Assembly (NCBI GenBank): GCA_030141605.1
Contig: JAQGDQ010000009.1
Location: 1,302,001-1,366,000 of the forward strand
Direction: 5' to 3'
Length of the DNA: 64,000 bases
DNA from: Tubiluchus corallicola
Taxonomy: Eukaryota > Animalia > Priapulida
Shown: in pieces, positions 12,201-24,200 of the stretch
Layout: every line of letters begins with the position of its first letter
Numbering within the stretch: the first letter of the stretch is position 1
The notes under the pieces: generated by a model
Database searches by the model: none
The model's input: the letters and a program-made list of their open reading frames with translations, nothing else
Told to the model about the DNA's origin: nothing
Position numbers and translations under genes: made by a program

Positions 12201-15200
12201 AAAGTTTAGGAAGCACTGAATATTTCTAATGTCATTCAGTAGTTCGGTATTTCTGATTCCTCGGTGTTAAGTAGTGGACACAGTGGAATAAAGGTTTAAC
12301 TCTTGGTAGGTACGTGAAGTCAACAATTGGGAATATCACACTAATTCAGACATTTCGGAAACAGAGCGAAGCAGCACCACGCAGCCATGAAGAGGAACTC
12401 TTTCACTTTTGGCTGGAATTTTTCTTGGAGGGAATTGAAGAGGAGCAACACAAGAGTGTACATTTTCCAGTAAGTATACTGCAGTAGCAGTTAATGATTT
12501 AAAGCAATTAGTGATCAACACCTAATTAAAAGTAATAAAATTTAAAAAGGCTGTTTTCGGATATTCGCATCTGCGTGCTATGTAGATTTCTAGACGAGTA
12601 TTCATTGACACCCTGCAGAAATTGCACTGGCTACAAATAAGATGTTACAGAAAAGTACAAAGATGTTTAAACTTTCTTATCCGGATTAAGTTTAGTAGGG
12701 AATATCTTTATTTAGTCAATAACAAGTGGTGGACTTCACGGATAAAAAGAACACATTACGTAGTCTTCAGGATTGCAGTCCTTTTTATTAGTCAATGAAG
12801 CTGTACTGCTTACTAAATTTCTATAACTATCGATTTTTTTGGCTTCAACTTTCTTATTAAAAACTTTATTTTAAACAGGTTCTTATCTTAGAGCCAACAA
12901 AAGTCTACATGCCTAGTTATGTTACTGTAAATTTGGAAACCGGTGACGCTCTTACGGAAAACATTCAAAAGTCCATTCGTATGTGGCACGTGGCACCAGA
13001 GAATCAGTCCGGGTTGCACGAATGGCTGTTTACTGCTGACTCTATAAAAAGTGTCAGGTAAACTATGTTGTTAATTCTGTCACGTGTATTCACTATTCAT
13101 TAATGTTTTGTTACATAACAAGTATTAATAGGTTCTCAGATCACATTACTATTTGCCAAGGTTGTCATTTATACGATAATTATCAGAATATACGACAATT
13201 TGTGAGTTTAACCCATGCAGAAATGAGACTGTGCTATAATTTAGATATGAAACAAAACCAAAAGTATGAAAAAATTGTGCACTGAAAACATTTAAAACAG
13301 TACTGCTAAGTGTTAACCACTGGGTAGTAAATAAGTGTTGATTTCAATGTAATCCGAAGAATGCTGGTTATTATGATCACAGTTTCCTGAAGAAAAGCAG
13401 TAATTTCAAAAATGAATGGTGATGACAAAGCTTGTTTCTACACAATTGAAATTATTGACATTTTACCCCTTTTCGATAAATTTAATTTTACCCTAGTTAA
13501 TGCCTCTTTTTGGTGTTATAGTTACTTACGTAGTGCTTAATTAGGCAATAATAATTATTTGCTTGCAAATATGCAATATTTTTGGATTTTGGACGAAAAT
13601 ACGATAATTTGGCAGAAAATGCGATAATTGTTGACCCCCAATACGATAATCAGCATCAACAAAACAGCAGCTCTGCCATTAATTAGTGAATTTTATGTTA
13701 CTAGTATTAGATGAGTGATTTAGATTTTTTCCAGACTGATTTTGTGATTATATTGTTACAAATGAATTTTTTTAGTAAATACCTTTTCACATATTGTAGC
13801 CTAAATAGTAATTCAAGATCTGTTATAACATGTGTCTGTAAGCCTCTTTGAGTACAGTAATTTGACTAAATAAATCCATGTCAGATATTTTACATCATTT
13901 GTTATGTGTTGCCAGTTGACCTAACGACAGTTACTTACCCTACATTAATATTAACATATGTTTTTTAAAGTTATTGCCTCTTATTAAAAAATGTATTTTT
14001 TTGCAAGAAATAGCCAGTTTCATGTACGCATGCATTTATTTTCAGTTTGTATCGTCGAGATGATCGCTGTGTTTATCTTTATGTTCATCAAAACTCTGAC
14101 GATTTTCAAATGTTTTTTCCTTCTGATGTATTGAGAAAACGGTGAGCGGGCAAGTTAATTCATCTCTTGTTGTATCAGTCGAACTTTTTGCCATCATCTT
14201 TCATACCCAATTTCAAATTCCAAATTGTGAACAAAATTTTTTACTTCTTTTTTGTATTGTGTTTTATGTTTAGTTTACTTAGTTCACTTTTAAAATATGT
14301 TACGCATTTACAAACACCATTTTGATTTCTGTTCACAAGATAATCTTGATGCATTGTGTAAGACAGCTGATCATGTTTGAAATGTACATCTACAAAAATG
14401 GGCAAAGAAAGGTTCAACTATAGTTTTTGAATCAGTCTTTGAAATAGGTATGAATCGGAAAACTATTTTCAAAAAGTATGCATTGACTTTGTGCTCAGAA
14501 AGTTTTGATATTTTGTGTTTCAGTTTTTATGATATGGTGCTAGAAATGACTGCAGATGTCCAGGACTGCATAACCGATCTAGATTCTGATCTATCCACTG
14601 AGCCAATTCAGGTTTGCTTTACTGATTAGTGTTCCTTGCTGACTTTGCAAAGTGATGAGCATGTCAGTGGTCATTAGATACATTTTTTGCTTTATTACAC
14701 ACCTGTGGTCTTTCACAACCATATTTTGTTTGTTGCACAATTCAGTTTTTTGTCTCAGTGTTGCTGTTCTTTTTGTGATTATTATTGTTTTTGTCGTATG
14801 GATTAACCCTCGTAAATTCTCTTACAGTTTGAGTATGAATTGGATGATGGAGGAAGAAAGATTGTGTTAGGAAAAGGTACCTATGGTGTTGTATATGCAG
14901 CCAGAGATCTCACCACTCAGGTCAGGATAGCCATAAAAGAAGTTCCAGAAAAAAATAAAAGGTATCGTCAGACCTGCCAGCCATTTGATGTAAAAGTGAA
15001 TGCGAAATGTAGAAACACCGTGTTTAAACTCGTCCCTGAGAGTCCAGGGGGAAATTATGCTCCAGAAATTTCTGCTTTTTTTGGGTTTGAAAATCAAATT
15101 TTCAAAAAAATTCAAGCAAAAAATTAAGGTAATTTTGCATACTACTGAGCTTTCTTATGCTGTTATTATTCCAGTTAAAAATGCTTTTTATGTAAATATG

Positions 15201-18200
15201 TTCTTTTTGTACATTTAAAAAGCTCAATAACATTCAAGTGCTTAATTTTTAATAATTATAATACCATGAACACTACTGTATTAAGTAGAATAGTGCTACT
15301 AATTGTGTTGTGGTTAGTACTGATGGCAGTTAAAGCCAGTTGATTTGCAAATTTGCATGTGAAGTTGCAAAATGTATGAGAATTGAAATTTTATGAGTGT
15401 GTGAAAGCCTTAAAATGAGTGTGACACGTGCCTAATGCATCAGAGTTTGCAAGTTTATATTGTGTGCCTGACAACAATGTGTAAAATGGCTGTTCTAATG
15501 TGCTGTTTCATTAGATAAATACAGTAGGCGTAACTTAATAGATTCACGTTTAATAGACTCTGTCGCTTAATTGACTCAATCGCTTGGAACGGGACTCTTC
15601 TATTCAGATATACATAAAAATTATCGGTAATTGACTCAAATAACTCCGCATGATTGATTCAATTTTTTTCCTTCACCTATTTAAAATAAGATATTTGTAA
15701 GTGCCCAAAGACCCTTTCCTATTTTTATGTCATCTTTACTTCCCCTTTGTGCACTATGTATACAGAAACAATCATGTTAAGTACCGTTTTGTTTGTAAGC
15801 AGGTACGTTTATCATGCTCTAATACACTAGCGTAGCGGTTTTGCTTTGAATCTATTACCTGCTCGCCCACTGTTACCCAAAGAATTTCTGGAAGCTAAAC
15901 ATTTAATCACTTGCCTAGCGGTTTCCTTTTGATGCTCTCGTTGCAAATCACGCTTTCAGGCTTAATGAGTTTACAGTCAAAGATGCAGGTACAGTATAAT
16001 CAGCTGGTATTCCTTGTGAGTTACAAGAGTAAACATCATACAGCAAATAAGGGCAATGTAAGTGAGCAGACGATTCAGAACTGTTTTAGTCATGCACAAC
16101 AACAGATTTTCAACGTTTTTATAATTACGAGAACTCTGTGGGCCAACTTCTTCGCGAGAAAATGAAGCAGCCAACTTTGAAGGAATTTTTGTAATTTTTG
16201 CAAATAAACAGACTTAGAAAAGTCTGTGATTTAGAAAAGTATACTTTTTAATTTATTGCTAATTCACTTGTATAAATTAATATTTTAAAATATTTTTTCT
16301 AATTTTTAACTGCACAAAGGAATTTAGGCATTATTTCATTTCTAAAATTCATTAAAAACCTTTGCAGTGCATAGTAAACTGGTGACTCATACTTCTATAC
16401 CTGTAATGCTACACCCATTGGTTAATAGGTTCCATCGGTTAATTGGGTCAAAACACGTCGGCACCAAAGTGAGTCTGTTAAGCGGCGCCTACTGTACATA
16501 ATTATATGTCATGGATTGCTTGTTACGTCTTATGCAACCGTTGCATAAGCAAGCCTTCCATTTAAAAAACAGTCTACCTTAAAAGCAAATTTACTAACTG
16601 CAGTTGTCCCTGCACTAGTATGTAATCAAAATTATAATGGTAATTGTAATGTAAAATTAATTAAAATTAGTATGTAATGGTAGTAGATGTCTGTGACTCA
16701 AGATGGGAAATCTCTATAATTTCCTATGTGTACTAACAACAGCTTATTTGTCTGTTTATGATAGTGAAGTGCAGCCCTTGCACGAGGAGATAAAACTTCA
16801 TTCCCGGCTCAGTCATCGTAACATTGTCCGTTATCTAGGATCAGTTTCACAAGAAGGCATGTTTAAAATCTTTATGGAACAGGTGCCTGGAGGTATGTGA
16901 AAAATTCCAGAAAATAGAGTTTTTTTTAATGTCCAACAACAGCCGACACAACTGTTTTCATAAAAGCTATGACAGTGTAATGTGACAATGTGCATGTCAC
17001 TAAGAATGTCTATCAATGTTCTTAGTAGAGGTGTTGTGTTTTTTAATAGATCTTGTTTAATACTTTCATTGTTTTTTGTTTTGGTTACAGGAAGTCTGTC
17101 AGCATTGCTCAGGTCCAAATGGGGTCCATTAAAAGATAATGAATTAACAATTTCATATTATACCAAGCAGATACTTGAAGGATTGAAATATCTGGTATCA
17201 ACTTTTCAATTTATAAGTATTGTCTTTTGTGATAAGATTTAAGCGATTACTTGTGTAGTGTTTATGTATTACATTTACACTAGTTTAAGAAAAAACGTTT
17301 TTTAATGAATTTGGATTAAATGCAACTGTTCTACATTTTAGGGCAAATTTTCTGGACTTATAATTCTTATAATTTTCGATATTCTTATTAATATGTAGGG
17401 GTGAGCATTCTCTATCAGAAATCAAATTCGAATCGAACTAAACTTTCGACTTTCGATGTTGAATCAATCCGAATTGAATTCAAATTCATTTTTAAAGATT
17501 TTTGAATAAATTTTCAAATTATTAGTAAAAAGATCATGCACATTGCTTGCTAATAATGTGTTTAAAACTTGTGCACAGAAATCGCAGCTAAATTGCCTGA
17601 TGTTTCAAACGTTCTAATGATAAAAAACATATGCAGCTGAACTGGCAAATGATGCAAATTGAAAATTTTAGGCTTGAATCGAATTCAAATTGAAAAACTC
17701 TTCCAAACTCGAACATTCAATGCTCACCCTTATTAGGTGTCATAGATTAACTTTTGTAGAATTTTCTTTTATTATGTAGTCACGGTTGTAATGTTTTTTA
17801 TTTTTGATAGCATGATCAAAAAATAGTGCACAGAGATATCAAAGGTGACAATGTGTTGGTAAACACGTACAGTGGTGTGTTGAAGATTGTTGATTTTGGC
17901 ACAAGTAAACGTCTAGCGGGCATGAATCCTTGCACAGAAACCTTCACAGGTAGGATAATATGCTAACTGATATATTGCTAATTGAATATATGATAATTTT
18001 CATCATTTTACTATGTATGTTTGGAGGTTATCTCTTTATATTATCCAAATTTAGAACATCCAGATATCAAGATGCTTTTGTTTCATTAGCAACCTCCTGT
18101 TTTAATAAAAAAGCGTCTTCATAGACTCAAGTTATTGTGAAATGAACTTTTTAATCTAAAATAGTTTTAATCTGAAATAACCTATATGAAAATAGATTTT

Positions 18201-21200
18201 TATATGAGCCATATCATTTGAATTCATATTTGAATTTATTTTTTTATTTTATTGTTATATTGTACTTGTAATTGTAAAAACTGTATACACTGTGTGCTGT
18301 AAGTTTGTATAAATTAAATATTTAGCTTACTAGCTTTTTCTGTGGCATATTGTAACACATCACATTTAGACTAAACTGTCTCTGCTTAATATGTATTAGG
18401 TAGTTGATTTCAATTTCACCTGGTTGCCTAATAACTATGGATATATAAGTCAACATTAATAGTTACACTTATGACTTTCCAATATTATGAATCTCATTTA
18501 CAATTTTACAGGAACATTACAGTACATGGCACCTGAGGTAATAGATAAAGGACAGCGGGGTTATGGAGCAGCAGCAGATATTTGGTCTCTGGGTTGTACG
18601 GTAGTAGAAATGGCATCTGGCAAGCCTCCCTTTATTGAGGTGCATTTACAATTGTTTTAATTAATGTTTTGATATAGATTGACTAGAATGAATGTCAGTG
18701 TGCAATGAATATTCACGGACATTGTGGAAAAGAAATGCTTAAAAGCTGGTTCAGGTATATCCAAAAACTTTTAAATGTTACCTAGTTTACAACTGAATTG
18801 TTGTGCATTTGTAATGAGTTCTTTTTTGCATATCCAAAAATTCTTTAACGTTATACAGCTTGCAAATGAACAGTTGTACATTTGTGATGAGCTTTTTTGT
18901 AATTTTATTTAAGAAACACTTATTTTGATTAGCAACTTCATACGTTTGTTTTTATACTCCCCCTGTGTAAAGCAATCATATAGCACTGCATACTCAAACA
19001 TAGTATAATGTTGTTTTATTTGTATTTATCACAATACAAAATGTGTTATGTTATTATAATGTTATAGGCGTAATAGTTGAACCCATCCCATTCTGTAGCA
19101 ACAAATAAAGGCTCTATTATCGTGCTGATGCTAGCTGTGATTTTTCATGTTTTATAGCTGGGGTCCCCACAAGCAGCCATGTTTAAAGTTGGTTTCTATA
19201 AAGAGCATCCCGAGATACCAGAATCCATGTCGGAAAACGCCATAGATTTTCTAAAAAGGTAAGTGTTTTTATTCAACATGGCTTGCTTAATTAACATTTT
19301 ACTGTATAAAATATGCGTCGTAAGTTTTGTCATTTTCTGTAATACATTCGAATATTTTTGTGGTGTCTGTTCCAGGTGTTTTGAACCCGACCCAGAGAAA
19401 AGACCGTCTGCTGCCACTTTGTTGGAACATCCATTCATTAATCCGTAAGTTATCAATTCTTATTTTGGTAAAATTTGGACATTCTGTATAATTGTTAAAC
19501 AAATTAAGTCATGATGCTAAAGCTGTAAAAAAGTAAAGATGTCTTTTACTATTGCACGATTGAATGAAAAATAAAAATAATGATTTTAGTGGATAATTAA
19601 TCTTAGTTTGGATTCTTGAATTGATAATATCTTTATGCCAATGCTTGTTGGTTCATAAATCTACAATGAATCTTGAACTTGACAAAATAATTTTTTCCAA
19701 TCTAATATCACTACTGTATATGTGGATGCTGTTTTGTATTACTATTACAACTCACAAGTTTGTCTTTTTTCAGCAGCCATAGGAAGAAGAGCAAGATTAA
19801 ACCACGGTTACAAATTCATGAGTTTAACAGGAGTGCATCAGGTATTTGATTGTCTTATTCAACCTGGGAACTGCTCAGTTTTTTTCCTGATAATTTTGGT
19901 GGATGTCAAGATGCTAGATGCTTCATTAAGACAAAATTTGTTTTGATAAGAAGGTCGCGTTAAAAAAAGATAATCGCCAAAGCTTGTTCATCTCAATTTG
20001 TTTGTTTTTGTAATGAATTTGCTTTTGTTTTAATGTGCAGAGTGTCCAGATGTCTCAGGTAAGTAAGTCATTAATTCCTTTTTTACTAAATTAATTAATC
20101 AATTAGTGGCCTATATTTTGATAAATCAAATTCGCGTGCATGACTTTTTACATGAGAAATAAATTTTACTTTTATATTAATATGATACGATCGGGTTCCG
20201 CAGTAACTGTTATTGCTCAGTAAGTTTGGCTCCTGTAGCATTTGTGTTTTTTGTTGCTTGATAGTCAAGTTAACTAGCCTTTTAAGTTACATGTATTTTT
20301 GTTCCGTTATTTTTTCTATTTATATTGAGTTAGTTAAAATGCGAAAAGTGATTCCTGCATCTTTTTTTCTGCTTATCTACATTTCAATGTACATTTATTA
20401 ACCTTTATGAATTTCATTTCCTTTGCACTCATGTTTTGGTACATGTGTTAAAGTATTTTTTGTTTTGCATCCCTATTGTAAGTGTTGTGTCTGCAATCTT
20501 ATATAAGCCTTACTAGTATACTCTGCTTTGATCTGTATTTTGCATAGTTATTGTGGCTTTACTGTATTTAATTTTGTAAATTTCGTTTTTTCTTCCGTGT
20601 TGCAAAGTCGTGCAAACTCAAAATATTCAAATCCTCTGCTTAACAGTAATAAATTGCGTATTTTATTTTTGATGGGCTCATGTGTAAATGAAATTTTGGT
20701 TTATAAAATCATATTTGACTTTACTATGTGTCAGTCTATGCAGAAAAGGCAGAACATTATTTTTCTTTGTGTTATTTGTTAATAATTGTTTAGTTCCAGC
20801 AAAGAGCGGGTATCCGGGGACTCCCTTGACTCCAGAGAACGAAGATGAGTTGGGAAGACTTCCAAGAATCGGCAGTGCAACATTTTCGTCTCCTCCAGCC
20901 ACGTAAGTGAATCCTGCTTTTGTTCTATTGGCTGTTATGTCTTATTATGTTACATGTTGTTGTCTACACTTAGGAGTATTTTGTGTAATCGCTGATTTTT
21001 TGTTTTTACATAATTTCATGCATTTTTGCTCGTAAAAATTAATAAACTTTAGGGGGAAATTAAATGATTTTAATGAAAACAATTTATTTTCTGAGACAGC
21101 TATTTTTTCACTTTGCTGTATTTACTGAACAAAACAGAAACAGTGCATTTTTGTTTGGTTGTGTGTAACTTGGCATTTTAACTTATCTGCAAATTTGTTA

Positions 21201-24200
21201 TTGTTGATTGAATGATTATTTGCTTAGAATGTACTAAATCTCAAAACTTTGAATTGACTAATTTATTTATGTTAACTAACTTATTACATTTAACCAAACA
21301 CATGGTACTTGTGATGTTCACTGATGCTGTTGCAGAAGAATTCCTATGTTGTAGCTTTTTATTGGTATTTATGGTCATTTTTACTGCTAGTATTACAGCC
21401 TTGGTAATGCTACAGTATGAATAAGTATTTTGCGTAGCTTGTAACATTCATCATTTCGTATTTACTGTATGTCATGATATTCGGTTTACAAAAACATAAT
21501 GTTGGGGCCCCCTCGCCTGGGCGCCACAAGGGGGGGGGGGGCGATGTCCACAAAGACTGCCGAGCAGTTACCCTCTGCTTGAGTATGCTGCATACCCAGA
21601 AGTAACTTGACACAGAACAGTTAGAGAAAAGCTTAGAGTTTATGGTTAAACTATGCTGTACCTCACCTACTATAATAACAGCTACTTGACCTGCCTGAGC
21701 ACTAGAAAGAGCAGCACCTGCTTGACAAGACAAGACAACATGACAGAGATGGCCTAAATTTGTGTGCACTCCTTTTATACTTATAATTGCTACACATTGA
21801 AACAAGTTAAGCGTGCCCGCAACAATATCTTTAACGACACACTTTTTCCCACTGCATCCTAATGTCATTTAAGCTTTCGTTTGGCTTACAAAGGCATAAT
21901 ATATTGAACGACTTTCTTTTTTCCTAGCGTATCCTAAACATTATTTAAACCTTCATTTGTAGATTCACGGTTTAATAATTTTGTATTATTTTAGAATTAA
22001 TGAGCGAATGGACAGTCCTGATCTGACTGCCCAGCTCAGCACTGCCACGCCCGCATCACCAGAGAATGAAGGTTTCTTTATGCTGAAGAAAGATTCCGAG
22101 AGACGATTAACTCTCGTACGGGTGCTAGAGGATGACAGAGATAAGGTACGAGATAAATTTGTCAAATGCCTAAGTGCCGCTGCTGTTTCCTGAATTTAAT
22201 GAAATTTAGACGATGTCGCGAGTTTGGTTGTACAGTGAAAATGATTGCAGTAAGAGTCCTTGCTTAATTTTGCTAATGCATTTCAGCAAAATGAGACATA
22301 AAGCAAAACATTGCTAAACAAAGCCAAGACTTCCACAGGAAGTAATTTAAAAGAATTGAGATATGTTCCAAAGGCAAAAATCAATGCTGCTTAAATCAAT
22401 CACATAAATTATACATTTAATTATAAGTTTTATTCACATTTCTACTGATTAATTTCTTTTTGTTTGCTTGAATTCACTTATCATTCTTACCTCTACTTAG
22501 CTAGCGGTTTCTTTTTTGTTAATGTTGCAGCTCTAGGTAGTGGCTAAACACTATGTAGTGAAAGCCAAGCCCTGGCAACCTCGGGACAACTCTGTCTAAT
22601 TGCTATTGCAGGCAAAATTCTGTCCATAAATTTACACCCAGGTGCAGATAAATCGCAAATCCCTTTATAAAAATTACCAGCATTAGCAGTCAGTGTGGAA
22701 GCAAAAATATAAATAATAACTTACTGTTTTACATTATTAGTGAATTTTTAGATCAGGATAACACAATATGAACTATTTTGATGCTTAAAGGAAGATAAAA
22801 TGTTGCTGATAAAATAAAAAAAATGTGTTTTTTGAGCAAAGTAAAAATATTATCAAAATGAAACGTGTATCGTTAAGTGAAAAAAGTTAACAAATTTTCA
22901 GCATAGTTAGCACAAAATGTTGCTAGAAGGGGGAGTTGTTAAGCGAGGACTTACTGTAATTTTATCTGTTTGTAGATATGTGATGTGTGGCATAGGATGG
23001 TACTAAATGATGTGAAGACTTCGGTGCTAACAGTTGACCACCTTCATGTATTAATTTACGGACTGCAAGAGACTATACAAAGTAATCAAAAGCAACCGGT
23101 GCATGACACTATCAGTAAGTTCATAGAATTATATTTGTAGTGAGCATAGAGCAGCAGTAATTCAATTTGACAAAAAATTTGACAATTTGACAATTTGATT
23201 TCTTGGGTAAAAAAAGCCAGAAAAGTTTATTTTAGAAAGCCTATGCACAAATAATATGTCAGTAATTATCATGACTTGTAAAAAAACATTAAAACTTTAA
23301 TATGGGCCTTCAAATTTTAGTATATCATTGTGGCTAATGGTGGAGCCTCAAACCCTCAACATTTTCTGGCTGTGACAAAGCAAAGCATAATACACCAATC
23401 TTCAGCTTTTGCAGGGTAAAGTTCCCTACTAACAATTTTCAGATCTGCCCATCCTGGCACCGGTCCTGCACTTCGTAACCTTACAATTGTTAAAAATTGA
23501 CTATTCGGCTGTATATTTACTAGTATGACATAAATTTCTTATCACTTTATTACATATTACTAGTTTCACTGAAGGAAGATGTTCGTGGAGAAAAAGTTGC
23601 CATGGAGCACATCAAAGTTGCTCTATATCTCTTCCAAGATGCTGTTAACGAGGTGCTGAAGAAACACAACATAAAACCACATTGGATGTTCGCCATTGAC
23701 AATCTCATACGTGATGCCGTAACTTCGGCAATGCAGATCATGTTCCCAGGTACACAGTTTTCTTAATTGCTTGAAGCCTTTGTAGTTGATTGTTTGTTCA
23801 ATTAAGTCATAAGTTTTGGTTTAGCCACAAATTTACCATCATAAGGCAATCAAGACCATTGTACAATTGTGCATGTGTGTGTGTGCGTGTGTGTTTGTGT
23901 GTGTGCGTGCGTGTGTGTTTGTGTGTGTGTGTGTGTATGATTTATGTGTGTTTGTGTAAAATTTGTATGTGTGCATAATTATGAGCATGGAATTACTTAT
24001 ATTAAATTTTAAAGTCATTTTAAGTCTGTTAATAGAGAGTTTGATGCAGTTGCGAGTGCTGTTCCCCGTGCAGAGGTCTGCATTTAACTGTTTCTGTCAC
24101 TGTGAATGGACACCTTCCTGCACTTGAAAGGAAAAGCTAATCTTAAATTATAGCTCAAAACAATCTACTTGTAATTAATGACAGAAAACATTCTATATTT

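Noticed and set aside
14962-17203. U12-type introns (donors GTATCG, GTATCA; also GTATCT at 61528)
   Set aside because: None matches the strict RTATCCTTT consensus; no AT-AC introns were found.
20204-20219. Second microexon (CAG|16 nt|GTAAGT) near the 14-3-3 microexon
   Set aside because: Not frame-preserving and has a poor polypyrimidine tract.
21410-21868. 152-aa minus-strand ORF inside an ASK intron
   Set aside because: Non-ATG start, crosses a poly-G run and apparent decayed repeat sequence; no domain similarity.
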